The notes beneath the pieces are model-generated. The model saw only the letters and a program-made list of their open reading frames with translations, had not been told where the DNA came from and did not search any database. From Selaginella moellendorffii (taxonomy: Eukaryota; Plantae; Lycopodiophyta), in the NCBI RefSeq assembly GCF_000143415.4, contig NW_003314332.1, forward strand, positions 868,001 through 932,000: a stretch of 64,000 nucleotides of DNA. The letters are read 5' to 3'. Both the position numbers and the translations under genes were made by a program. Positions 48,531 to 60,732 of this stretch are shown here, piece by piece (within the stretch, counting starts at the first letter, position 1; each line of letters opens with the position of its first letter).

Positions 48531-49479
48531 GCTCCTGCCTGCTTGGACTTGGGCTTGAAGTCAGGCTCGAGAATGTACTCGAGCTTTTGCTCGGGCTCGC
48601 GTTTGGACTTGGCTCCTGCTCACGCTCAAGCTTGAACTCGGACTAGGACAAATAGCCAAAAGCTGTTGTCCCAGAAAGAGGAGAGACTTTCTTACCTGTA
48701 GGATGATGGGTGGGGAGTGGAGGCTCTCGGGCAGCTGGGGTTGAACTGCGGCTGCCCAGCTCTGCTTCCCATACAAACGAGAGTTGGCTCGCTTGCCAGG
48801 GTCACGTCGTGGCGCTTCGATGGCTCCCCTTGTGTGCCTCACCTTGTGGGCTTCCCGTGCCCACCGGGCAAAGGAAATGGTGCTCAGCTGCTCTGGTGGC
48901 AAGCACGTGCAGCATCCGTCCAGGTGTTACCCGATCGGCAATCCAGATGCAGAACTCCCAACGTGGAATGCCTGGGCAGTGTCGCATGTGTGAGTGCTCG
49001 TGGCCTTTGGCCGGTGGCGTGGGGGGGGCCTCCCCAGTATTGATGGGGGGTGGGGTTGTGCAAGGGTTCTCAGCTACAGAGAGAGCCTTGGCATGGCTTC
49101 CCTAGCACCCACTCCAGCATTTGGCAGAGTTGTGCTGTGCAATCTATGGGCATGGCCTTGGGACCACATTTGCACGCCTGTCGGGCGAGGGGGAGGGAGG
49201 CAGCAGTGTGGTCCTCCGGGCTTCCAAGGGAGGCAAGCCTCAGGGGCGGCACGGCTGCTTGGCAAGGGCCAGCGTCACCCGGTGGGAAAGGGGAGGGGCC
49301 CCCACTTGCCGGGCGACGGAGGGAGGAAGGGGGGAGGACTCTCTCGGGCCTGAAGCGCACGGAGAAGGCGCAGGCTGAGCCTCAGCCTGCGTGCACGTGA
49401 GGGAGGGGGGGAAGGCCCTGCCCGCCTACCACGTGGCACGGAAAAGGGGAGAGGGGAAAAAAAGTGGCCCAGAATGTCT

Positions 49480-49700
49480 AGGGCCCAAAACGTGTGATTT
49501 TTCGCAAAAAGTTGGAAAGGTACCACGTGTTCTGCGGGCTTTTTTTGGGGCCCAAATCGCGCGATTTTTCACGAAATGTTGGGGAGGTACCCCACATTTC
49601 GCAGCGCTCGTTTTGGGGCCCAAAACACGGTCTTCGTGAAATGTTGGGGAGGTACCACATGTCCCGCGGGCGTGCTTTTTAGCGCCCAAAAGGTACACGG
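49480..49700 (+). repeat. IGS degenerate ~68-bp repeat x3
   Basis: GGGCCCAAA...GAAATGTTGGGGAGGTACC recurring. Confidence 0.65.
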
Positions 49701-49774
49701 GATTGTGGAGGTATGCTGCAGCTTTGGATCAGCTGCCCCACACTATAAGAGTAGGGGGAGTGTGAAATATTTCA

Positions 49775-49892
49775 GAGTGGGTTCAAACTATGACTATGGC
49801 ATTGGATCCCATCAAACCTCCAAAGTTTAAGTGTCCCTGGGCTTGAATAGTATTGGGCTGGGTGACCACCCGGGAAGTCCAAGTGACCCCCT
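49775..49892 (+). rRNA. 5S rRNA-like gene (diverged) inside the IGS, linked 45S-5S arrangement
   Basis: GGATCCCATCA..CTCC..AGTT(T)AAG..TGGGC..ATAGTATTGGGCTGGGTGACCACCCGGGAAGTCC aligns to plant 5S; followed by a T10 run; TATA-like element near -30. Confidence 0.8.
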
Positions 49893-49893
49893 C

Positions 49894-49903
49894 TTTTTTT
49901 TTT
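49894..49903 (+). terminator. Pol III oligo-T terminator
   Basis: T run directly after the 5S-like gene. Confidence 0.65.
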
Positions 49904-50294
49904 CCTTACAAGTCATTTATTTTTGTAAGATCACTGTTTTAATATATAAACTTTGAGTATTTTTCCATAGCATATAAGTGTATGGTCCTTAAATACTACT
50001 TACAATTGTCAATGTAAGGTGTATTTGCCAAATTGTGTCGTTAGTTAGTTATTAACTAGGATATAAGTCACAAAGAATGTGTTGTGATTGTCACCATGTG
50101 GCATGGCAAGCAAGTCCAAACATATGTATGTCACATGGCATACAAGGTCAAGGACACTAAACTCTAACTATGAGAAAAAGCCAAAGAGCACAAACCAAAG
50201 TGCATGCCATGTGTCAATGTGGCATACATTGAAAACCATAAAACTCTATGAGATCAAACCAAAGGCCATGCCACGTGTCAAAATAAAACTCGGA

Positions 50295-50598
50295 TGTATC
50301 CAGGGCCAGACAGATCCGAGGCTGAACATGTCCGGGGCCTGACATGTAAGGGGCCGGACATATCGAGGTCCGGACATGTCCGGGGCCCGACATATTGGGT
50401 GCTCGACATGTCCGGGGCCGGACATATCGGGGCCTAGACATATCGGGTGCCCGACATATCCGGGGCCTGACATATCGGGTGCCCGACATATCCGGGGCCG
50501 GACATGTCCAGGGCCCAACATATCGGGTGCCCGACATGTCCGGGGCCGGACATATCAGGGCCCAAACATGTTTGGGGCCCGACATATCCAGGGCCTGA
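50295..50598 (+). repeat. 16-bp minisatellite x about 19 in the IGS
   Basis: CAT(A/G)TCCGGGGCC(C/G/T)GA units in register from 50327 to 50598, plus two degenerate upstream units. Confidence 0.92.
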
Positions 50599-50733
50599 GG
50601 TATGCCACATGGTATACACGTGGCGATATAAGTTACTACAAAAAAAAACAACTCAAAAACATCCAACTTTAGCCGATATATGAGTTGGCAACACTACATT
50701 TACTACCATGACACTAAGCTCGAAATATGTCAC

Positions 50734-53700
50734 TGTTGCGAATGTGACTTCAGGTATCAAAAGTTACCTGTCGGCTAGTCCTTTCGGATATTCTTTCTTA
50801 CTGCCACGATGGCAGGAGGTCGGTATTGCTGGGCTCGTTATCAGTCTCCGCCTAAGCTAGTTGAGAAACTGGTCATCACATGTGCACTTAGACCGGAAGG
50901 GCACTAAGGAAGGAAATCCTAAGTTGTCATTTAGTCAAGCAGACTTGACACGGTGATGAGAAACTCATGATGTTGGCTTGCACTTGCTAGTGTTGGGAAC
51001 CCCCGCGATATTGAGCTTGGTCCCTCAATATCGCTAGATGATAGCTTACTGTGTCTACCAAACACCCTCGCTATCATGCCCTTTGTGTTAGTCTCATTTC
51101 GGTCCCAAATGCTATTTATGGAAAGTGTCTAGATTTGCTCATTTGGCATATCTACAGAATGTAGAGATCGGCCTGAACACAATGGTGTTCGTCCCGTGTC
51201 CAAATTCGCATTCTAAGGACATTCCATATTTAGTAAGTTTCAAGCTTGTCCCAGAGACTAACTCCTGATACTAAGGGAGGTTTGGGGTGAAAGCCCAAAG
51301 CGTGTGTTCCTCAAAGGGGGGGGGGCTATAGGGGGTTCCAAATGTATAGTAGGGATAGTGGGTAGGTCGGGCATGGCCGACCAACCTGAGGCATAGTCTA
51401 GCTCCCGCTTGCGTGCCTGTCCTTGTTCTGCGTCTGGCTTGGGTCTAAGCCCAAGTTCCATTCCATGCTAGCTGGTGGAGTACCCATATCCTCACGTTAG
51501 GCCACCGGTATGCTAAAATAGCGCCAGACTTCGTTTGGCTCCGTTTTGCGTGCTGGTCCTGGCATTGGGATGCTGGTTGCTCCAGGACTGTTCCAAGTCG
51601 CTCTGGGGCCCTGTCCCTTCGCTCCTTGGGCTGTATGCTCGGGAGTTGCTCCGTGGTTCGGTTCCATCACTCCTTGGCTCCATGCTTGGGAGTTTGGCAC
51701 CATTCGTTCGTTCAGTGGCCCAAGGCCCTGAACCTCGGGTTCCTATGGACACGTGGCATGGACACGTGGCATGTGACATATGGCATCTGTCACGTGGCAC
51801 AAAGAGGGTTTAGGTTCCGCTTCATGGTGTTATCCTATGGTAAATCACCATAGGATAAAGGGTCAAAACCACGTGCGCTACATTTGGTATCAGAGGAAGA
51901 GTCTCAGCGAGTACTATTCAATGAGATTGGGCAACTAGTCTCGTTGCATACGCAGAGATGAAAACGATGGTCCGAGTGGGTACACGTTTTGGTGCAAAAG
52001 ACTTTGCAATTGTTCCTTGGGTATGGATTTGGTTACCTTCTTGTTCCATATTATATGAGCTTGCTCTTGGGCTCATAGGATGGATTTGAGTTGTTCCGGT
52101 AGCACGAGCTTAAGCTTGAGCTCGTGAGTGAGGCACATTAGCAACTTGAGGTTACACTTTGAGTTGGCAGGATTAATGTTAGCCTATCGGTGGTTCTATG
52201 AGTTGTTATAGGTTAAATCAAATCTCCCTGGGTTTGCTATGAGTGGCAAATAGGCTGGTCCGTAGCTGTTTAGCGCGGCACTAGTGGATCCTTCCTAGAC
52301 ATGATTATAAGTGGATCAATCAAGACTGTAGGGAATAGTCTATTGGTTCAAGTAATCATTGCCGTGCTCTCTCATAAACTTTTCTTCGATTGAACTGAAG
52401 GCAATGCGAAAGCAAGTTTGAGGTTTGGTCAAAAGATGAGACCGAAAAGAGAGTCATCGGGGACGAAGGATCAAATACGTAAATCATTTTCTCTTCTTGG
52501 AGAGATGATCTGCAACGAGGTGTTAACTCATTGCTTGTGTTCACATCATGCAATCAAGAGTCCCTATCTTGATGCATGTTGGAGATGGTGGTTTTACAAT
52601 GGTGAGTTATGGGATGGATAGTGGTGAAACACTAAACCATTTTGTCTAGGCTCGCAATTGGAAGACTTGGGTTGCAATGCTCAATTCTTTTCCGGGGAAC
52701 CTTGCTATTGCTCCTTGAGTAGCTTGGTGTTGGATTAGTGTTGAGTTTGGTCGGAAAGAGAGTGGCATGAGCTTGTCCGTGTTGTGAACAAAAGTTAGTG
52801 GTGTTGGGTGTCGTAAACCTCTATTGGTGGAGTGTGGCATTTATGTTGCATTTTGTTGAATCGAGTTGGCATTTGATACTCACATAAACGTTTGAAGTAA
52901 TGACATAGGCATTGCTCATTGCGTTACTCAATTGATGATCAAGTCATTGTGATGCTTATATCATATCCATGTGATAAAGAGTAATGCATTTACGAAGTTG
53001 TTTGGGTAAATGATGATCAACCCCCAAAGTGGTTGATGGAGAAGCTAGTCTACTTGCACGAAGTAGCATTGTAGTAGCTTTGACTGGATTCTCGATAGTG
53101 GTTCATTATGCTAAGCTTAAGTTGGTTCTTTGTTTCCTTGAGTTGGCCCACTAAGGTGTTGGAAAAGGGTTGTAGCATTCATTTGCTATAGCTTGTCGGT
53201 TGATCCGTTAGCACTTGGAGTAGATTGTTGGATGGAGAAGATGTGGAGTTGGGGCATTGACATCACTAGCACTTGTGTTAGTGGAAGTGGCATTGTTATT
53301 TCAAGTGATGAGGAGTTTTCCTTGGACCTTGATTTTTCCATGTTATTTTTTTTGTTAGTGTTTTGGCTTCACATCGGATCTTGAAGGTGATTGAAGAAGA
53401 GTGTTAGTGCAATATGAATATCCGAAGATGTGGTCTTCGTGATCAAGCCTTGGATGTTCATTTTGCATTTTGCGGATGTCGGAGTTGGATATCGGAAATA
53501 TGGGCAAAAAGATGTTCGATGCTTAAGCATATTGATGGATCATGAGAATTTGTGTTGAGGTGAACCTATGTGAATTTGTTAGTAGGAGGAAGTTGGTTGA
53601 GTTTTGAAAGTTTGCATTCCTGGACTGAGAGTCATTCTTTCTCTAGGATGGAAAATTTTCCACAAATTTTCTTAGACTTTTCCAATGGCTGATCTGTTAG

Positions 53701-56700
53701 TCACTTTGCTCGAAAACCATTCCGTTTTCGTAAGCCAGTACAAACTATTGAAGGGGTTGGAGTTGGCTTCGGTTGGCTTAAACCTTAGTAGATAGTTTGT
53801 ATGATGCGGCCTGAAAGGGATGCTAACTTTTGGGGCTAAGGCAATTGAGTTGGATAGAGTCTGGAGTTGGTGTAGAAAAGTGGCCGTTACGCTTTTTTAA
53901 GAAGGGTGACCCTTGTGCCTTTCTTTTGTAGCATTATGCTCGGTGGCAGGTTGCACCTTGCATTTCACTAAGACTCGATGAGAGTAGTGAGCTCTCACTG
54001 ATCTTGACTTAGTCTTAGTAGCACTGCGCCTTGGCTGGGGATGGTGATGTCTAACTTAGTTGTTTGAGGTTGAGATGTTAGTACCCGTACTATAGCTTTG
54101 TCTATGAGGAGGTTGTGTACCGATATGAGTCCATCTCATAGTCTTCACTTTAGTTTCGACTGAGTGTTGATCACATAGCTAGCCTCTTCAAGGCATGCTC
54201 AGAACTATTGACTAAATGCATTAGTGAGCTTATTGCGGTTGAGTTGGATTCGAGTGGTCATTTAGTTTGTGCTTGTCTATGAACTTTTATCTCATACCTG
54301 GGGTATTATGTTCATGTTGGACAAGTATGTAACTTGATGACATGAGTTTGTGTTCGGGTCTTGTGAAGGCAAGTTGAGGAGTGATTGTTAGTTGCTTTGC
54401 GACTAGTGATTACTTGTAGACTTCGTCAAGGACTTTTGACACTTGCTTTGCTCGATGATGATTTAGCGGTGATGGGCTTGCTTTACCAGATGGTGTTGCA
54501 GAGGATTGTGTTATTAGGCTGACATGGTTTTTTCCATGTTGGCATATCAATTCCTTTGTCGATATCATTTGGTTACTTTTGGTCTATAGTGTTAGATTTC
54601 ATTGAGTCTTGGATGTAGTGATTCACTCCTTGATGATGTGTTATCTGTCACTGAGTTTTGCTAAAGGATTGGTCTCGGATACTAAGTATAGTATCTTCGA
54701 CTTTGGTTAGCTTGGTTGCTGGAAAGCTTCGAGTGGTGATTCACTCTTGCTTTCTTCTAGTTTTGTCCTGGTGTTGATGGCATTGAAGTGATGCCTTGTC
54801 ATTGATATTGTTGATATTGAGACTTGAGTGAAATGAAATGTCTTTCCTTAGGATTGATATTAAGTTTCATTAGTCTTGATGAAAAATGTTGATGATTTGG
54901 CTTTAGCTTTGTGTTGTTGGCATTCATGCATTTGCTAGTTAGCAACTGTGTTAATGTTCAAACAAACTGAGTGGCAAGTTGAGTTAGTTGTGTTCTAGAT
55001 GAGATTATTTAGTAGAGGGTTGAGCTTTAACTTTTCCTTGAAAAGTGATTTAGTCGTGGACTATGCTAACTTTACGAAATGATGTGTTAGTGATTGATAT
55101 TGAAGTGATTGAATCCTTGTTGGGTTTGAATTGAGATATATCAATCATTGATGATTCGTCTTGCACTTGTTACGAAGTGAGTTACGTCTTGTTCTAGATG
55201 GGTTCATGGAGGATCGTTTGATGATCACTTGTTAAGCATAGCTTCATTGTGCTTAGCTTTTGGATTGATGCAGAAATGCTCTTCATTAGCTTTGGCATTA
55301 TGAAGTTTGGCTTATGGATGTGTTGAAGAAGACATTGTGAGTTGCATCACGATTTCTTCTTTAGCATTGAAGTTAGCTTCTATGAGACTCGTGATCATTA
55401 TTAAGCAAGACTTGGCTATAGGCTTCTTCGAGCTTTGGTTCTTTGAGTTTTATGCTCATTGTTCTATTTGTTAGAAGTTGTTGGGGAAGGCATTTTGGCT
55501 CATTAGCTTCGATGTTGAAGTTGGCTTTGCATCTGGCAATCATTGGTGATGATTGACTATCATCTAGGGTAGTTGATTGTCCTTATCACAAGTTTTGCTT
55601 GATTATTGTTGGTTTGGAATTATTTGTTGTTCTTCGGGATGGTAGATTCTTTCTTCAACGATCATTATACATTACTACATTGATGGGCTAATTGACGATT
55701 TTTCATGATAGTTGGTTGTTCTCTTTGATGGCTTTTGGCTTTTTGCAATACCACATGTTCTTTGTGGTTTGCTTTGGATTGGTCTCTTGGGTTTGAGATG
55801 TTAGTAGGATGTTGCTAACACTTGCTTAGGCAAACTTGAGTTCCTTGGTATTGTTGGCTGAGATCTATTTCGATTGGCTTTTGTGATAGTTGGCAGGCAT
55901 GAGTGTTTGTTGGTCTTACCACATTCATTCTCTTCTGTTCATTGTTGCTCGAGTTAGTTTTGATAGATTTGGATGTTATTTCCTTTGGGTGATACATTCG
56001 CGAGCATTGTGCTTGTTAGTCAATGATACTTTGTGTTCTTTGAGTTCTCTCTAGTAAGTTGTTGGCTTACTGTCTACTATCTTCGGTAGTTAAGTTTCAT
56101 CATTGAGTATCCTTGATGATATACTAGCTATTGAATTTTGTTGGATGGTCATTCTTATGTTTGCCAAATTATGATGATCTTGATGGTTCCTATACTATAA
56201 TACTAGTTTATCGGATGATAACTTATTTGGAATACATTTGTGTTCTCATCTAAGCTTTATTCACTGATAATTAAATCTTTAAGATATCATTGTTTATGAC
56301 TTTGATATAGTCCCTATCTATTGATCTTTGAGTTTGGGCCAGTATAGGCAGACTGGCTTCGGCACTTTGTGTGCATGTTGAAATCTCTAGTCATGGGGTA
56401 GCTACTGTCAACTGGTCACATAACCCGCCTCTCTGTCGATGTTCCTTATTTCGTTGAAAGGGCGTGACCGTGTAAACAACTCTAACTGCCTGTTGACAGT
56501 AGTCTATCTAAACCTTACCGACGGGTTTGGTTTCTTTGCTTAGGAGGGTTGGGGCCTCTGGCTTCTCTCTCTATGTTCCTGCGGGCAGGGGCATATCACA
56601 CTTTTGTAAGCTGGGTGACTCCCAGAGCAGCAAGGGTGGCTGACTCTGTTGGTCATTTCCTTGTCGGCAACGGCCGGAAGGTGTCTGAGCTGGTAGCGCA

Positions 56701-57995
56701 TCCACGTTAGACAAAGAGGTTGCCTCCTAACTCATTTAAGTTGGTGCATTTCTCACATAGTGTGAGTACCGTGAACTTTTTCTGGAGTTGTTTCCTTGGC
56801 GGTATTCTAGACTCAAGTATGCATCGACGAGGATGTCGATCTTCCCAAAGGGGGGAGAGTGTCGTGAATGTGACTTCGGGTATCGAAAGTTACCTGTCAG
56901 CTAGTCCTTTCGGATATTCTTTCTTACTGCCATGATGGCAGGAGGTCGGTATTGCTGGGCTCGTTATCAGTCTCCGCCTAAGCTAGTTGAGAAACTGGTC
57001 ATCACATGTGCACTTAGACCGGAAAGGCACTAAGGAAGGAAATCCTAAGTTGTCATTTAGTCAAGCAGACTTGACATGGTGATGAGAAACTCATGATGTT
57101 GGCTTGCACTTGCTAGTGTTGGGAACCCCCGCGATATTGAGCTTGGTCCCTCAATATCGCTAGATGATAGCTTACCGTGTCTGCCAAACACCCTCGCTAT
57201 CATGCCCTTTGTGTTAGTCTCATTTCGGTCCCAAATGCTATTTATGCAAAGTGTCTAGATTTGCTCATTTGGCATATCTACGGAATGTAGAGATCGGCCT
57301 GAACACAATGGTGTTCGTCCCGTGTCCAAATTCGCATTCTAAGGACATTCCATATTTAGTAAGTTTCGAGCTTGTCCCAGAGACTAACTCCTGATACTAA
57401 GGGAGGCTTGGGGTGAAAGCCCAAAGCGTGTGTTCCTCAAGGGGGGGGGGGCTATGGGGGGTTCCAAATGTCTAGTAGGGATAGTGGGTAGGTCGGGCAT
57501 GGCCGACCAACCTGAGGCATAGTCTAGCTCCCGCTTGCGTGCCTGTCCTTGTTCTGCGTCCGGCTTGGGTCTAAGCCCAAGTTCCATTCCATGCTAGCTG
57601 GTGGAGTACCCATATCCTCACATTAGGCCACCGGTATGCTAAAATAGCGCCAGACTTCGTTTGGCTCCGTTTTGCGTGCTGGTCCTAGCATTGGGATGCT
57701 GGTTGCTCCAGGACTGTTCCAAGTCGCTCCGGGCCCCTGTCCCTTCGCTCCTTGGGCTGTATGCTCGGGAGTTGCTCCGTGGTTCGGTTCCATCACTCCT
57801 TGGCTCCATGCTTGGGAGTTTGGCACCATTCGTTCGTTCAGTGGCCCAAAGCCCTGAACCTCGGGTTCCTATGGACATGTGGCATGTGACACATGGCATC
57901 TGTCATGTGGCACAAAGAAGGTTTAGGTTCTGCTTCGTGGTGTTATCCTATGGTAAATCACCATAGGATAAAGGGTCAAAACCACGTGCGCTATA
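50734..57995 (+). mobile_element. 7.3-kb non-autonomous LTR retroelement (LARD-like, probably Gypsy-derived) in the IGS
   Basis: LTRs 50734-51882 (TG..CA) and 56860-57995 (TG..TA). TSD GTCAC at 50729-50733 and 57996-58000. PBS TGGTATCAGAG at 51885-51895; PPT AAAGGGGGGAGAG just before 56860. No internal ORF over about 70 aa. Confidence 0.93.
51283..51365 (+). promoter_or_regulatory. rDNA promoter-like block within the 5' LTR (copy at ~57409-57491 in the 3' LTR)
   Basis: TGGGGTGAAAGCCCAAAGCGTGTGT..G-run..GGGGGTTCCAAA.GTATAGTAGGGATAGTGGG is colinear with 58199-58275. Confidence 0.75.
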
Positions 57996-58198
57996 GTCAC
58001 GTGACTCTTACCTTGAAAAACCACTAAAAATGACACATGTTACATGGCATGAACAGTGTGCCACGTGTCATCCGCTCCTAGAAGTCATCTTGTGACACTC
58101 GAAAAAAAAAAAAAAGAAAAAATGACCACTTTTTCATTGTTGATGTTGCAGGAGTCACACCACTTCCAGATTCTAAGCCTGAACACTAATACATGCTG

Positions 58199-58280
58199 TG
58201 GGGTGAAAGCCCAAAGCGTGTGTCTCCCGGGGGGGGGGCTGTGGGGGGTTCCAAAAGTATAGTAGGGATAGTGGGTTGGA
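58199..58280 (+). promoter_or_regulatory. Putative RNA polymerase I promoter / initiation site
   Basis: TATAGTAGGG at 58258-58267 matches the plant rDNA initiation consensus TATA(R)TA(N)GGG. It lies after an AT-rich tract, upstream of 18S sequence, and is homologous to the IGS subrepeats. Confidence 0.65.
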
Positions 58281-59190
58281 GGAGTCGGGTAGCCGAGGTG
58301 GAGTCCGAGTCCGGGTCCGAATCCGGGCGAGCGAGTGCTCTTCACGTGGTATATTGCGTGCGGGGCGAGCTCAAAGTGGGCTTTGGCTTCTGGCTTTGGC
58401 TCGTGGCTCTGCTTTTGCTACCTGCAACATCACACTCCCTGCTCGCCACCACAATGCGCATTGGGATGGGTAGCCAGGAGACTCGGATCTTTGCATGCGG
58501 TGGTGGTGGGCTAGCTGGCAGTTAATCCTCCTGATGTGGGGTGGTGTGTGCCTTTGGTAGAGGGCTGCAAACCTATTGCTGTGGTGCAACACATGTGCTT
58601 GTGACGGGTCCTGGCCAATGCTTCGGCAGAACCGGGAGACTCGGACGACCAACATGTGTGGTGCGCCACAGCTCGGGCTAGCCTCTCGCTTTTGTGTGTG
58701 TTTTGGGGCAGTGAGGTGTTCACACCCCCTCCCAAGCACACACCCCTTGCTGTGCTGTAACCATTGAGTCCGGATCCGGGCGGGCAAAATTCCCTCGTGT
58801 TTGAACGTGGGTGAGCTCGGTCGCATGGGGGCTTAGTTGGTGCTTCACAGCCAGGGAAGTGACACTCTAGACATCTACCCTTTTGTTAAAAATGCACGTG
58901 ACGGGGGAGCAAGAAGTCATATGCTCTGTGCTATTGAGCGACCTTTTGGAATCTCGGGCAAGGGATGTATTTCTACCTAAGAAAACCTTTGTTAAAAATG
59001 CATGTGACAGAGGGAGCAAGAAGTTACATGCTCTTGTGCTACTCCTTGTTGTCCCTGATGGGTGATGGCTCCACTTACTTGTGATGCTGAATGAACTGAT
59101 GTTCCTGGTGTGACCACCAAGTCCAGATCCGGGCAGGCAATTCCCTTGTCTTGAACTTGGGTGAGCTCAGTCGCATGGGGGCAGCTGGGT
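58281..59190 (+). other. 5' ETS-like region with internal duplications
   Basis: Lies between the promoter and 18S; 58770-58832 resembles 59122-59182, and 58883-58920 resembles 58989-59030. Confidence 0.5.
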
Positions 59191-59225
59191 TCTGAGGTGA
59201 CCTCCTTGGTGGTGAGTAGCAAGTC

Positions 59226-59418
59226 CTTAGAGGGACTATTTGCTTCCAGCAGATGGAAGTTTGAGGCAATAACAGGTCTGTGATGCCCTTAGATGTTCTG
59301 GGCCGCACACGCGCTACACTGATGAATTCAACGACTGCGTGCCTGTGCCAAAAGGCTCGGGTAATCTTTTGAAATTTCATCGTGGGGATAGATCATTGCA
59401 ATTATTGATCTTCAATGA
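59226..59418 (+). rRNA. 18S rRNA internal fragment (3' major domain), pseudogenic
   Basis: CTTAGAGGGACTAT..GGAAGTTTGAGGCAATAACAGGTCTGTGATGCCCTTAGATGTTCTGGGCCGCAC..GGGGATAGATCATTGCAATT. Confidence 0.95.
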
Positions 59419-59420
59419 TC

Positions 59421-59475
59421 TAGGGTTTAGGGTTTAGGGTTTAATCCTTTTGCGAAAGGAATTTAGGGTTTAGGG
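59421..59475 (+). repeat. Interstitial telomeric repeats at the rDNA boundary
   Basis: TAGGG(TTTAGGG)2TTTA, then (TTTAGGG)2. Confidence 0.85.
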
Positions 59476-59490
59476 CGCATTTTAAAGGAA

Positions 59491-60075
59491 TTATTCTGAT
59501 TGAGGATCAGGCTTATTGAGCATGATCTTCAGTTGTCGCTTCGCGCTATGGGATATCATCACCATTCTCTGCAAACCGATGCGTTGACGAATTCCTTGCT
59601 CTTTCTTTCTTGATCCGAAGAACATGCTCCACAGCGTGTGATTCACGAGCTGGATCGGCATGATTCTTACACGCTGCCTCTTCCAAGCCAATAAATCCGC
59701 TTCAAACGGCATGCTATGGATCAGCTCCTCAACGTGTTCCAGCTTGCTGGCCCAACCAAGGAGGTCCATCATGCATAGATAGTGATCCAGGGTCTGTTCC
59801 ATGTGGAAATCCGCCTGCATCCCCAAGAAGTGCTTCCAGCCTTGCCAGTACAATCCTCCATGGCTGCAAGCAACCAACACAGCAATGAACGTAACATCCA
59901 CAGGCTCAACCCCCTCCATCACCATCCAGCTGAAAAATTCAACAGCTTTCTCAGCTAGCCCGTTTTGAGCGTGTCCCAAAACAATACTCGTCCAGGCTAC
60001 CGCATCCCGTTCCTCCAATCTGTTAAACACACTTCTAGCATCTTCCAGCTTTCCACACTTGCAATACATGTTCAC
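59491..60075 (-). pseudogene. PLS-class PPR protein C-terminal fragment (E domain frameshifted)
   Basis: MYCKCGKLEDARSVF, TFIAVLVACSHGG, HYLCMMDLLG; small deletion relative to 63526-63978. Confidence 0.88.
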
Positions 60076-60193
60076 AACTCCCGTCCAACAGTTAAGTCTT
60101 GCTCAAACCCTGCTTCTTTCACGCTTTCGTGCAAAATTCTGGCTTTTGCTGCTGAAGATGAATTCGATGGATTCGCACACGCGTCCAACAGGC

Positions 60194-60732
60194 TCACGAA
60201 TATGACCTTATCGGGCTGCACACCTTCTTGGTCCATTTTCCTCTCGAGGCCCTCCTTGCGTGCTCAGTCTTGGCATATGCACTAAACAGTGCACTACAGA
60301 GCACCACATCGTACTGGGGAAGCTCATCGAACAATTTCCGAGCGCTCTCCACGAAACCTTTCTCTACGCTTGCGGAGATGATTGAAGTGTAAGAGGCGAT
60401 GGACTGCTGCGGCATTCTCTCTAAGGTGATCGTGGCGTCTTCAAGATGCCCCAGACGGGCATATGCGTGCACCATCACAGACCAAGTCACCGAATTGCGC
60501 TCGGGCGCTCTTCTGAAGAGCTCCTCTGCACACTGCATATGGCCGTTCTGGGCATACCCAGTGACCATAGCGTTCCACAGCACCACGCAGTGGAAGCCAT
60601 TCTATCGAAGATGTTCAGAGCGCAATCAAGATACCCCTTGAGGGGATACGCGCTCACAACAGCAGTCCAGGACCCTTTGTGGCATCTCCCTGAAGACGCA
60701 CAGCGCCTCCTGGAGGTTCCCATGTTGGGCAT
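60194..60732 (-). pseudogene. PPR repeat fragment
   Basis: VLWNAMVTGYAQNGH, SVTWSVMVHAYARLGH; frameshifted. Confidence 0.8.

Noticed and set aside
49743-49760. TATAAGAGTAGGGGG as the Pol I start
   Set aside because: Sits about 30 nt upstream of the 5S gene, so it is better read as the 5S TATA-like element; 58258 fits the consensus and position better. Not fully excluded.
49775-49892. Cassandra TRIM as the source of the 5S sequence
   Set aside because: Single full-length copy with a T terminator and no flanking LTR pair, PBS or PPT.
47604-50672. Numerous repetitive ORFs in the IGS
   Set aside because: Products of GC-rich tandem repeats with no domain signal.
59421-59475. True chromosome end
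   Set aside because: Only about five units, with genic sequence continuing beyond.
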